The position numbers and the translations under genes were made by a program. Shown piece by piece: positions 30,501-43,140 of a stretch of 64,000 bases of DNA. The stretch lies in contig NGBS01000894.1 in NCBI GenBank assembly GCA_002245135.1, positions 1 through 64,000 on the forward strand, given 5' to 3'. Position 1 is the first letter of the stretch; each line of letters opens with the position of its first letter. Below the pieces are notes generated by a model, which did not search any database, was not told the origin of the DNA, and saw nothing but the letters and a program-made list of their open reading frames with translations. The DNA comes from Proteromonas lacertae. Its lineage: Eukaryota.

Positions 30501-32978
30501 TGAAAGAATAGAAATTAATAGTTAAAAGATTTAATATTTCTAGTAGAAACAACAGTAGTAGTAGTATATTAATAGCTAGTAAAGAAAAGATATTGATAGA
30601 TGGAAATGAGATTAAAATGGCAGTTAATAATATGAATTTCACAAGTTCCAGATTCTTATCTTTAGGACAAAAGTTGATTATATCACAAGTGGATAAAGTG
30701 AATATTAATTCAAATTACACAACAATTGGAAGAAGAGAATTAGATAATACAATAAAATTTAGTACAAATAATACATCAATAAATGGAAGTATATACATAA
30801 AGAGTGAAAGAATTAATGTTGGATCAAGAAATACTGACAGAATATCTATAGTAAATGATAAGTTAGAAATGGTTAGTAGTAATATATCAATAAAGAGTGT
30901 AGAAGGTGGTAATGTTCTAATAAACAGTTTAGAATCTGATATAGTATTTAATAGTGGTAGAAATGCATCAAAATCAGGAAATATCTACATAAAGAGTGGA
31001 AATAGTTTAGATGTGAGTGGTTCAATAATATTTGAAAGTGTGAAAGGAATAAAAGAAAGTGGTTCAATAAGATTGAATAGTTCCAAGTTGTTAGTGAATA
31101 ATGGTGTAGAAATGATAGGAGGATTAGGTAAGAATGAAGGAGGTGATATAGAAATGATTAGTTCCAAATTGATGATGAATAAGCTTGAAATGAATGAAAA
31201 TGATGAAATAAAGATGAATAATAAAGAAAGTATATTGAGAAGTAATAAATTCGAAATGAATATAAAATCAGAATTAAAAATGAATATATCTAAGTTAAAT
31301 ATTAGTAATTCCGAAAGTGAAATAAAATCTGAATCTTTGATAATGAATAGTAAATCCTTAAAGATGAAGAATAATGAAATGATATTGAATATAAAAGATA
31401 ATAAATTTGAAATGAATTCAAAATGGATAATATTAGGAAATGAATCATTGAGTAATTCTGTTAAGATTATCAATAAGAAGATATTAATAGAAAACTTAAA
31501 CAAATTGGATGTAAAGAATATGGAAGATGGCTGGAAATATTAAAATGAGATCAAAGTCAATCGAAATAGGAAAAGAAAATACAAAAGAGTTAAGAATAAA
31601 AGTAGAAGAAATGAAGATGAAATTGAGTAGTTGCAATAGAATGGAATTGAAATCCAATAAAATGTTATTAATGAATGAAAATGGTTTAATCGAAATGAAG
31701 AGTAAAGATGAAATTCATATGAAATCCAATGGAAAAGAAGGAATAGAAATGAAATATGATAATATGTCATTGAAGAGTGGAAATAGTTTAGATGTGAGTG
31801 GTTCAATAATATTTGAAAGTGTGAAAGGAATAAAAGAAAGTGGTTCAATAAGATTGAATAGTTCCAAGTTGTTAGTGAATAATGGTGTAGAAATGATAGG
31901 AGGATTAGGTAAGAATGAAGGAGGTGATATAGAAATGATTAGTTCCAAATTGATGATGAATAAGCTTGAAATGAATGAAAATGATGAAATAAAGATGAAT
32001 AATAAAGAAAGTATATTGAGAAGTAATAAATTCGAAATGAATATAAAATCAGAATTAAAAATGAATATATCTAAGTTAAATATTAGTAATTCCGAAAGTG
32101 AAATAAAATCTGAATCTTTGATAATGAATAGTAAATCCTTAAAGATGAAGAATAATGAAATGATATTAAATAAAGTAGATCTATCATTAAAATCCGAATC
32201 AATAGAAATTGGTAATAATAAGACTAATGAAACAGATATTAATAGTAATACACTCTCAATAGATACTATAAAAAAGATGAATGTCTCAGATATGTCTATT
32301 AAGTCAACAAATGTAGAAATCGACATAAAGAATATTACTTTGATATCCAATTCATCACATCCAATGGTAATATCAACACCTGCTGGAAATACAAAGTCAT
32401 CAATAATAATTGGTAATTCAAATATTACAAAGTCTATTAATGTAACAGCAGGTAGTAGTAATAATGGTACAAATGCAGGAAATCTTATACTTAGATCAAA
32501 AGCAGCCAATAATGATAGTAAGATAATATTTGCCATAAATAATAACACTGTTAATGATAATGTAATGTTATTTAATGCATCAATGGTAAATGTAACAAGT
32601 TCAAGTGAAATAGCAATGAAAGGAAATGAAAATACAACAATAAAGTTCAGTACAAAGAATAGTGGAATGAAAGTTGATAAGAAAGGAATATCAATAGGTA
32701 AAAAGCCAGTTAAAGGCAAATTGATGAAGTTTAGTTCAGTATCATTCTTCTCATTTAAGTTTGAAGTTAATCTACCAAATAATGAATGTAAATTCATACC
32801 ATTTGATGATAGTTTCAATATAAAACCAAATGATTCATATGAAATAATCAATGAAGATGTACCAGATGAAATTCAATCATTAACATCAAGTCAAAACAAA
32901 GGTATAGCTGGTTTAACAGTATGTTCAAATGAAAAAGTAGAAGGAGAAGTAACAGTCAAAATATTACTGACAAACTGA
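3..32978 (+). CDS. Giant intronless Gly/Ser/Ile-rich beta-repeat (fibre-like) protein, 5'-truncated by the window; about 11,000 aa once about 22 small indels are corrected
   Basis: The frame is open from base 3. Successive + ORFs (147-3245, 3190-4716, 5046-8885 ... 31527-32978) continue the same (S/G)GSIxIxSGxG repeat. Most junctions are a one-base insertion relative to an intact copy elsewhere in the window. Unique C-terminus ...EGEVTVKILLTN, TGA at 32976-32978. Confidence 0.8.
4690..15890 (+). repeat. Modules B and C: ~1.1 kb module B (about 7 full or partial copies) and ~0.95 kb module C (3 copies), interleaved with unique spacers; B+C period ~2035 bp
   Basis: B (GSNGL.KLESS...RMKGNDGS) starts near 4690, 6550, 8585, 10620, 11690, 13465 and 15505. 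C (ITINGRSLN...SGANSTSG) starts near 7598, 9633 and 14518. Confidence 0.85.
15890..20460 (+). repeat. Module D higher-order repeat: six 0.65-0.86 kb units with inserts in the order X,Y,Z,X,Y,Z (period ~2235 bp)
   Basis: Shared frame GINLSSGSITIKSADNTTSSG...KTNGGSIEI. Inserts: NINIKGSSSKDF (~16120, ~18354), KLSITSGLINIESKDK (~16978, ~19214), KLSTSNTESIKIEGSANSE (~17708, ~19945). Confidence 0.85.
22345..32170 (+). repeat. Module E (Asn/Lys/Met/Glu-rich, ~0.5 kb) in 8 copies, partly within a ~3.77 kb duplication (22345-25800 vs 26110-29540)
   Basis: gtgagtggttcaataatatttgaaagtgtg recurs near 22430, 23786, 25413, 26193, 27551, 29178, 31014 and 31795. Confidence 0.9.
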
Positions 32979-33089
32979 GCATTTTATTTTATATAAATTA
33001 TTATTATTAATTATATACATTATTTTAATAATTGTTTGTTTTTTATTTTTAATTTACACAAAATATCTAAATAACTAGAAAAATAATAA

Positions 33090-34449
33090 TTAATCTGATT
33101 TTTGTTTTAAACTTTTTAGATATTTATATTCTTTCCATAATCTACATAAAGTATTTAACATTAACAACGATAATAATGGGAATAAAAATTCAAATCCAAA
33201 TATTGGCACTAACCTTATATCATCAACTGAATAGAAATATATTTCAATGGATAATTCAATACAACTAACAACCAATGGCGTAACAAATAATGATCTTGGA
33301 ACTAATGGTATATGCTATATACATTGTTATAATTATAATTAATAAATACTTTAAAAAAATAAATTGAAGATGATCCACAAATAATATATCCAACAAACAC
33401 AACAACAAATGATAATAACCTCATATCAAATACTTTGCTATCACAAGTTGAAGTTATTTCATGAATCAATTGAGGTATTTCTATTTCACCTTCTTTAACG
33501 ATAAAGAATGATTCAGAATTATTTATTCTATGAGGCACAATATTACTATTCTGTTGTTCTCCAACAATTGTAATAAATGGTGGTAAAGATCGAGTGTATA
33601 GTCTAACTCTAAGATCTCCTGCTTGACAATTCTCATTTAATTGTTTTATCACTTCATCATTCAAATCATAAAATTTTGCTTCATCATTTAAATACTGATC
33701 TGAATCGCTAATTCTGGAGTATTTACTATATATATAATCTTCTGTGATATAAAAAAATCCTTGTTGATATGCTTCAAACTTTAATGTTTTAACATAGAAG
33801 TCATTATTTGATGCACGAAATTGAGTCTCTTCATTTGCCTATGTATTTTTATATATTATTAATTTATGTATTTATATACAACATCATAGAGTAATTCACC
33901 ATCTAAATCAAAGGCAGAACATGCCATTTTTCTTGTTGTTCTTTCAGATCTATTGATTATACATATTATGAGTAAAATATACGGTGAAGCATAATCAGTT
34001 CTATTTGGATTATAATATTCATGAGATTTTTGGAATTTACTCGATGGTATAACTTTATCAAACCATCCTTTCTTGTATGTTACTTCACCACTGTCAGATT
34101 TTACTTCATTCCATTGACAATATTCAACATCTTCTCTAAGAGTCAATTGTCCAGCAAATGAATAACCAAGAATATCATCTTCTAACTCATATCTTTCGTG
34201 AGCCTAGCAAATTCCAAATATAACTATACTCTTGGTGCTCCAACAGAAAAATGAACTATTTTATTGTCTAATTCAGGATTTACAATTCTTGGATTTATAG
34301 TTTCCTATCTTATGAAATACAGAAAATACAGTATGATGTAGTAAGTAAACTTTTTTCCACAATTTAATACCACAATGTGATACTTGATATGCAAATATCC
34401 CTAAACCAATCAATATGACAACAGAACCCAACAAATTTCTAATCTGCAT
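33090..34449 (-). CDS. TMEM43/LUMA (DUF1625)-like membrane protein, multi-exon
   Basis: N-terminal hydrophobic segment; motifs LREDVEYCQWNE...YKKGW...SSKF...YNP and GDLRVRLY...ITIVGEQQ...IVP; C-terminal TM helices; short GT-AG introns; a probable +1 error near 34290. Confidence 0.7.
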
Positions 34450-34520
34450 TTTCAAACGACTATATTTTTAGATTAAATGGAACAAATATAAACACGATGA
34501 GATAATATTTATTGAAACAA

Positions 34521-37276
34521 TTAATGCAATTTAATTAAATGCTTAACCTTCTTTTTAGGGACAGATTTTGATCTTTTGCTTTCAGTTTCTATTAATTATA
34601 GAGATTAAATCAGAATAAATATACTTCTAGGTTTAGATTGTAATAAAGATTCAAGATAATTAATTTTCTCTTTAGCTAACGACAATTGATTCTCTAATTC
34701 TGGATCTCCTTTCTATAATCATTACAATCACATTTATAACAAATATACATGGGCTGTACTGGAAATATTTCTATTTCTATCAACTTCTACCATCAAACTA
34801 GCAATTCTTTTAGTTAAATCATTTCTCTCTTTAGCTGCATTTTTATTTTGTTCTTGACTAGATTTTAATGCTATTGTTAATTCCTATTCAATAATTAAAT
34901 ATAAAAATTAAGTAGAAATATACATTACATTTTTCTTTCAAATGTCTAATAATATCATCTTTCTTTGATGAATCACTTGATTTCTTTTCTGTTGATTCAT
35001 GTTTATGATGTTGAAGTTCCTGTATCTTTGCCTCTAAGACTGATATTTTTGATTCATAGACTGACACTAAGTCTTTTTTGTCACTTTCATTCATCGAAGA
35101 TAAGTGTTTTATTTTCATTTCAAATTCCTATACAATTAATAACAATTTAGATTTATACTAAAAGTCTCTTTTTGAAGTCTTTTTTCATTGATTTCATTTG
35201 ATTATCATAATATGATTTAATTGATTCTATTTGTGAAGATAAACTATTTAAGAAATATATATATATAATAATAATAATGAAATACTTTTGTGTTATAACA
35301 TTATTATCACGAGGTGATTTCTTTGTTTTCTTTACTCCTCTTGATATATCACTATGCATTGTTGAATAAAGATTTGACTTCTTTAATGTGTTTCTTGGTG
35401 TTATTGTTGATTTTGACCTTACTATTTTCTTTTTAGTAATTTTATGTTTCTTTATTTTTACTGGAGACTATTGTATTTATAGTAATTCATTATAAAATAT
35501 AATTATACTTCATTTATATCACTTTCATATGTATATGGATATGACAATTCATTTACGTCAGAAGAATCACTTTTAAGGTTATTCTATTATAATTATTATT
35601 ATAAAGATATTTAGAAATATAAATACCTTTTGATATGAAGTGTATTTACTATTACTTACACTACCTTGTATTGATGTTGATACTAATTTAGATAAAGAAT
35701 AAATATTATATATATATATATATATATACAGTTATTGTTATTTGTTGATGTATTAACTGTAGTGTTTAGATTATTATTAATACTGTTACTGCTTATATTA
35801 TTCTCGCTATTATTATTGTTATTACTTCTGTAGGAAGATGGTGAATTTATCTATTAATTAAATATATAATAAAATAATATACATTTGCTTGTAACTTCTG
35901 TTTCAATCTCTCATTCTCTCTTTTTGTTTCTTCTGTGCATTGTTTAAGTTGTTGTATTAATAGATTAGAATCAATATTATTCTTAAGATTATCATTTGGT
36001 AATAATTCTCTCATATCTTCACATCCTGTTATACTTCCACCTTGTGAGGATATAGAAGGGATATAAGTTGCTCTTGTACTTAATCCATCTTTGATTATGA
36101 TTGGTTGATTATAAGACGATAAACTTTTTTCATCTTCTGAGACTACTGTAAATGCACTTTTACCATATAATGAAGGAATATGAAGAGGTTGTTTGAAATT
36201 AAGACCAATTGAATTAATATTATTAATATTACTATTATTGTTACTGACTGTATTTGATTGTAATGGATTTAAAATGTTATTATTGGATGTATTCTCCATA
36301 TCTGATTTATAGGATAATTCTATGGATGTTTGTGGTGTTAAAATATTTTTATTATTAATATTATTAATATTATTATTATTATTATTTATTAAACTTGTGT
36401 TACTATTATTATTGTTATTGTTAATGACATTATTTGGCTTTATTTCATTTGAATTATCACTTGTTGTTGTGTTTGATTCTGGTGAATTTTCAGTTGGATT
36501 TCTTATTGTTCCATATGTAGGAATTGGTGTAATAATACCTACTGCTGGTGTTGATTTGAACTTTATTTCATTATTAATCATATTTGTATCAGAATCTGTT
36601 GAAGAAGCAATGTAGTCAAATTTTGGGTTATTGTTTTCTAATTCATTCAATATTCTATCTACCCATTGTTTTGATTCTATTTTATTGTTATAAAAATAAA
36701 CAAAAATACCATTTTCATCTGTAGCAGCAACTGTAAACATTTTACCATTACGAAATATCTATTTTAATTGTAAATTAGTCAGTGTAAAAATATACAATAT
36801 TAAATCTGTTCTTTTCTGACGTATTATCCCACGATGTAACTGATAAAATTGTTGATAAGGGAATACTTTCAGTAATTTGATTTGTTTCCTACAGATATAT
36901 ATAATATAAAGAGTATACTGGACTAATTATTTCTATTAATCCTCTATTAGAATCAAAAATGTATTTTTCCTATTATTTTATTTAATATGTACATATTATA
37001 CTTCAATCCAATCACTAGAACCTGATGCAGTTTTACATTTACGTTTCATGGTTGATATTAGTTTGTTGTCTATATTTTAAAGAATAAAATATACTAATTG
37101 TATTTGCTTTTGATGAAGATATGCTAGTGAGAAATTTTTCTTTTGTTTGATTCCAGTAAGATGGACTAAATTCAGAATAGATAAAAACAAAGATAATAAT
37201 ACTCTAAACCATTATCATCTGTGTAATTTGTCTCGTTATTTAAACTTTTAGTGACAATTGGAACGTCGTCGTTCAT
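34521..37276 (-). CDS. PH-domain protein with an Asn-rich low-complexity middle and coiled-coil C-terminus, many short introns
   Basis: ATG at 37276. Spliced exons give ESIPLSTILSVTSWDNTSEKNRFNIIFRNGKMFTVAATDEN..SKQWVDRI, typical of a PH C-terminal half. Later exons are K/E heptad-rich. Exon joining and the 3' end are approximate. Confidence 0.55.
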
Positions 37277-37378
37277 ATTAACAATTTAAAATTTAAAAAA
37301 TAAATACATGTATTATTATGTATTATTATGTATTTGAAATAAACATACAGATTTCAATAATTAGAATATAAATAGTAA

Positions 37379-38683
37379 TTAAATATCTGCATTTGCATAT
37401 TGTCTACTTCTTCTAAGTTTATGCAAATAGCGATTAAGAAGATCCATTCTTCTTATATCATCTTCCAACTGAACAGTCTTTTGATAATGTTCCAATTTTT
37501 CTTTATCATCAATAAAATTACTTGGAACAGGTTTTTGATAAAAAGTTCGGAATTCCAACAAATAATCTCTTTCTGACTTACTCTTAGTGGGTCTATAATC
37601 TTCATCCTCTTCAATTGCAATATCTTCTTCCTCTTCAGCTGGGGTATTGTTTATTACTACCTCATTTCTTCTTTTTTTATAACAATCCAAAATTTCTGTA
37701 GCATTATTTTCAATTGTATGATTTCTATAAGCACATCCATTTGGAATAGTATCTTGTTTAATATAAATACTACCACAACATGGATATCTTAATGAATTGT
37801 CTGTTGTTGATAAAATAGGGCTTCGAGGGTGGTATTTACACTTTTCATAATCAATAATTGGAAAATATTGATGGCAATAACTACATCTATTTTTATATTA
37901 AAATAATAAATATTTTATACCTTAAATACCGACTAACACTCCACAATATCCAATATATTTTCTCTTTTGTGTAATTATGTGATAATAAAGTGCTATAATA
38001 TATTTTACCGTTGAATTCAGCAAGTGGTAAATGAAATATTAAACTATTTCCATAATAATCAATTTGATTTAATGCATTACTACAATGTAGGTCTTTTAAA
38101 TCAGAAGTATATATTTTATTACATAATGAACATTTAAGAAATGTATGAGTTTCTAATAATTGATTGATTTTTGTTTCATAAATTCTATCTGAAAATATTC
38201 CTTTTTTATCTATAAAATGGTTCAATTGACTATCTTTCAATTTTTTACATAATTTATCAACTATTTCATCACTAATACATGATAAATCTAAAGGTAGTTT
38301 AACAATTGAATTTATTCTTTCACAAAAATATTTCAGACACTGATCAACTAGTTTATCCATTTGAAGAAAATTGGATGAAATTAGAATAGAAATGAGTGAA
38401 GATATTTCTATGCATAATAATAATAGAGAAATCATACGAAGCGATGGTGGATTTTCTGGATTTAACATGTATTTTACTAACCAATCAAAAACATATATAT
38501 CACAATGAACAGCTATATCTATGTCATCTGAATCGTTTTCTACATAAGGAGCAAAATATTTCATATTTTTCATTAAAATATCTTTGGGACAAGAAAAATC
38601 TCTTTTAATATTCCTATTTGCATCAGTTACATGAATAATTATTGCTTGATTCTATATTACATAATAAAATATAAAAATACCAT
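37379..38683 (-). CDS. SANBR: SANT and BTB domain regulator of CSR / KIAA1841 (DUF3342) homolog
   Basis: ATG at 38683 is followed immediately by an intron (38680-38652). Then NQAIIIHVTDANRNIKRDFSCPKDILMKNMKYF...DIAVHCDIYVFDWLVKY...ISILISSNFLQMDKLVDQCL, matching the family signature. Confidence 0.8.
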
Positions 38684-38819
38684 TTATATCTATTTTAATA
38701 TATGCTATAGACAGATTTATAATTCCAAATAAGTAATAGATAATGAGTAATTTGAAAAAGAAGTTTAAATTTTCACAAATCAGCATCAAGCCTTTGTTTC
38801 ATTTTGCTGGATTTGTCGT

Positions 38820-39791
38820 ATGGGATCTAAAATTTCTCATATTTATTATGAAATTTTGTACCAGGCACCTCCAGTAGGATATAATGTAACAGAAAATCCA
38901 ACTGCTTCAAGTCCATATTTTTTAGTGTATTATTTTAACCTTTTTACATTACATAGACATACAAAAGATGGTCATTTAGGAGCATTTTTCATCGATGTTG
39001 GATCAAAATATACTATTCTTTTTTCACATGCTAATGGTGAAGATAATTCATGTACATACAGATTTTTAAAAAGATTAGCCAGAACTATAAATATGAATAT
39101 TTGTGGATATGATTATTCAGGGTATGGCAGATCATCGTATAAACTTATATATATATACATATATAATATTCATTAATAGTGGTCATACATCAGAAGAAGA
39201 AATATATGCTAATATTGACACAATGTATTCATGGTTACAATCAGAAAAGCAAATAAATTATTCACGAATTATTTTATGGGGTAGATCTATAGGAGGATGT
39301 CCTTCCATATATTTAGCTAGTAGATTATCTAAAGCAGGTACACCTCCAAGAGGATTAGTATTACAATGCTCATTTCTCAGTATATTTCGTTTTCATTGGA
39401 ATTATCGATTTACATTTGGCAAAGACAGTTTTAATAATTTAGAGAAGATTAAGTATGTAGAATGTCCAGTAACAATAATTCATGGTATTGACGATTGTTT
39501 AGTGCCAATATGGCATGCAAAAGTATGTAATTAATAATAATTGTTATATAATAGAGAATGTGGCAGAATATAAATCCAGAATATAGATGGAGATTTAATG
39601 AAGTACCAAAGGCAGGTCATAATAATATTGAATATATGATGAAACAGAAGTTTGGTGAAACAATTAAAGAATTTGTAGATTCAACAGAGTATATACTTAT
39701 ACTTATTTATATTTATGATATTAGAGATCTTTATAGTAAAATATTAACAAAGAAAGGGTTGAATCCAAAAGAATTACAAATGAAAAGTTAA
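38820..39791 (+). CDS. ABHD17-like alpha/beta hydrolase (depalmitoylase family), multi-exon
   Basis: TILFSHANGED, YDYSGYGRS, nucleophile motif WGRSIG, IIHGIDD and AGHNN catalytic motifs; MG N-terminus. Confidence 0.85.
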
Positions 39792-39916
39792 ATTAGTTAA
39801 TTCTTCATTCATAATAATATAATTTATGATAAGTATGTTATTTTATACGTTAAAAAAACATACATATATGAAAATGAATTAATATATTATTATATACATA
39901 AGAATTCAATTAATAA

Positions 39917-41860
39917 TTACGATTCAATATCATTTAAAACATAATACTGTTCATATGTATTACTAACACTCTGTAACTCTTTAATTCCCTCTTTAGTTTT
40001 GTTTGAAATATTTTTAATTTCATCTTTAAGAAACTTACTTGGTGGTAAATCGTCCACATCATCATGTTCTGGATCAATATCTACCAACACTAACATTAAT
40101 TCATTGATTTTATTCAACATATGTTTCGTCTGTTTCATTGCTTTCATTAAATCTGATTTTGTTGGTTTAACTGAATATAATAATTCATTTCTACTGTTGA
40201 TTAATTCTTCATTAGGAGGATGATATTGTAATTTCTTTTTTATTGATGTTAATTTTGGTCTTGTTGGAGATCCATCTTGTTGTTTTAAATGAATAGGTGG
40301 AGATGGAGCTAATGCTAGAAATTATTATTATTATTACTCAATATATTATATATACGACGAACTTTTTGATTTGGTTTACTATCAATTAATAATCCTTTAT
40401 TTCCATCACTTCTTCTCTTTAAATTATATACTTTTTTACTTACAATAAATAATAAATTCGTTTCATTATCCATATAAATAGCTATAAATATAATATAATA
40501 ACAATATATACATTTTGGAGTATCATTATTTGTAACTATCATACTATTATATATAAAAGTATAATTATCTTTAATTTCATTCAAATCTTGTTGAAAATCT
40601 GATTTTTTAACATAATCTTTTGCTCTTATCATACGAATATCTCTATAAAATATTAAATAATAATAATATACTGAAAGAATAAGTCAATAGCAAACATAAT
40701 CTTTGCATGTTTCTCAAGATCATATGTTTTTTGACTTTTTATATCTCCTTCATCTGTTAATAAAGATATTAATATTTGAGATGTTCTTGATGGAATTTCT
40801 GTTAAGTTATATATATTCTTAACAACTATAATACATAATAAATAATAAATTAATATATATATATATATATATATACTTTGATAATGAGTTTGAATATTCG
40901 TAAATATCTTTTCAGGTAGTAAATGATCTAATATTTCAAATATATCAACATCTTTAATGATTTTTTTGTCACATTTTAATAATCTATTTTAAAATATAAA
41001 TTACTCTAATGGAATACTCTGTTATGAATATGTTAGTAATTTCTAATGAGAAATCCATAAAGAATGAACTACAAATATTTGTAATAGAATATAATGGATG
41101 AATATAACTTAATAATTTATATATCGCATTAGGTGAAGCAATTAATGACGATGGTTTAGCTTTAGGTAATTTCGATGGTTTAAAATCAAATATATCCTAT
41201 TCAATAATAATATAATATATAATAATATACAATTTGAATTAATCTATCTTTAATAAACCATGATATATAATCAGGTAAATTTCTATCTCCATATCTATTG
41301 AATAATTGTATCATTTGAGGCAATATAAATAATGGTTCTAATAATGAATTGCTATAAGTATTTATATAATATATATATTATATAAATACTATCTTGCAGC
41401 TAATTCTATATTGACTAATTCTATTCTTTGACCATTTGGAATGGGAAAAAGTGGTTTTCTACACATTCTTAATACATCTTCAGGAAATAAGATAATTTCG
41501 ATATAAAATTCACTTAATATTTTTTCTATTGCTACTGTTAAACAGAGACTAGCTTCATATTCAACTGAACATTCAAATCCTGCACTGAAGTAATCATGAA
41601 CCTATGTTTATAAAAACCATAGTGATACTTTTGTGGGATTGATAAAGAATAAATGTTTAAGTCTATTTCCCATCTCAGTTATTTCTTCCCGTCCCATACG
41701 AACTGGCACTTGTCCTGGTACATTTTCGTAGTATTCAACAGATTCTTCCATATATTCCTAATAATTATGATATAGGAGACAATACAGGTTCAGGTTCTTC
41801 ATAATGTTTCATAGAATTTGCATCTAGCTTCTTCTTTTTTTGACTATGCGTTGTTGACAT
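39917..41860 (-). CDS. Hypothetical multi-exon protein
   Basis: ATG at 41860 (MSTTHSQKKKK...), series of exons bounded by gta...tag micro-introns, ending ...YYVLNDIES-stop. No family recognised. Confidence 0.5.
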
Positions 41861-42014
41861 TTTGTAAACAAATTATCTATAAGGCTTGTGAATAAAGAAG
41901 AATTTTAAAAAATAACTGATATAACGAATATATTTTTATATATTTTGGAATTCCACTAATAGACATCAAAACAATTACAAATAAACATCATTATATAATA
42001 CACTTTAAGAATAT

Positions 42015-42925
42015 TCACTTTTTCACTTTCTCTTGCTTTTCTTTGATTTTCTTTATATCTTCATTCCATTGAGTTATTAACGACTTCACATAACTATTAT
42101 TGTCCTTCATCACTTCATGATGTTTTTCTTTCAATTTATTAATACGAGATGAAAAATCTGTTTCACAATTCTTTTCTGTCTATATATATATATATATAAT
42201 TTATATACATCATCAAACACTGAATTAATCAATGTTTCAGTATCTATCTTTGTCAAATCTGCATTTTCAATATTTATGAAATTCTTATTCATCTTATCCA
42301 TTGAAACTTCAACATCTTCATCTTCTTCATCTTCTTCCTCATCATTATCATCTTCTTCTCTCTCTATTTCTTCTCTATCTAGTTTTACTAATTCCGGTAA
42401 ACCTTCTATTAATTTGTTCTTATAATCTGGTGATGTTGTACAAGGATTTTCTCTTAAATCAATCATGTATATTGTTTGTGGGAAATCACTTGGTTCTACT
42501 TCATCAATCAAGTTGCATGATAAGTCAATAAGTTGCAACTATAAATATGATAATATATTAAATATATATATATTTATACTGCTTTTAACCTTAAAATGTT
42601 TTCAACTTTTTTAATTTTGTTATGTGATAATATTAATATCTCCAGTTTAAATAAAAAATCGAGATTTTCCATTATTTCAATAGCATTCTAAATTATATTA
42701 ACAAATTAACTTACATGTTGAAGATACAGTTCCTTTAAATTAGAAAACAACTCCAGATTATCAATATTTACAATGTTGTATCCATCAAGTCTTAAAATTT
42801 TCATTTCAAACATCTCATTCAACCTAAAATCTAATTAAACTACTATACTGTTCATCTTCTGATTTTGTCTTGTCAATGAACTGAGTTTGTGTTGTTTGCA
42901 ATAATTTAATTGATATGGTAGTCAT
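42015..42925 (-). CDS. SDS22-type leucine-rich repeat protein (LRRC46-like) with acidic tract and coiled-coil tail
   Basis: LRRs LKELYLQH, LEILILSHNKIKKVENI, LQLIDLSCNLI and IDLRENPC...YK..LI..LPEL.KLD (LRR cap); about four short introns; TGA at 42017-42015. Confidence 0.75.
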
Positions 42926-42963
42926 TACTATTCGAAAAAATGAAAAAATGAAAATCAAAAAAA

Positions 42964-43035
42964 GGGCTCAGCCGGGAATCGAACCCGGGACCTCTCGCAC
43001 CCAAAGCGAGAATCATACCACTAGACCACTAAGCC
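42964..43035 (-). tRNA. tRNA-Pro (TGG)
   Basis: Reverse complement GGCTTAGTGGTCTAGTGGTATGATTCTCGCTTTGGGTGCGAGAGGTCCCGGGTTCGATTCCCGGCTGAGCCC folds as a cloverleaf and is followed by an oligo-T Pol III terminator. Confidence 0.97.
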
Positions 43036-43140
43036 AACTGTTGTTTATTTTGAATATGGACATATAAAACAAAAGATATTTCTATTTTGCATTATTTCTT
43101 GCATATATACTTTAAAATATTAATAATAAAAACAAAAATA

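Noticed and set aside
1..32170. CRISPR array, satellite DNA or LTR element
   Set aside because: The repeats are frame-preserving coding modules with no repeat-spacer pattern, terminal repeats or transposase/RT motifs.
161..32851. Many long minus-strand ORFs rich in Leu/Pro/Ile (up to 739 aa)
   Set aside because: Antisense shadows of the purine-rich, codon-biased repeat gene; they recur with the modules and have no independent features.
147..32978. About 20 separate tandem genes, or programmed ribosomal frameshifting
   Set aside because: The breaks lie mid-module where other copies read through, lack consistent slippery sites, and often contain both SNP alleles; sequencing or consensus error explains them better.
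35707..42200. (TA)n runs and short tandem repeats (e.g. ~35710, ~37310, ~40855, ~42180)
   Set aside because: Ordinary microsatellites in AT-rich introns and spacers.
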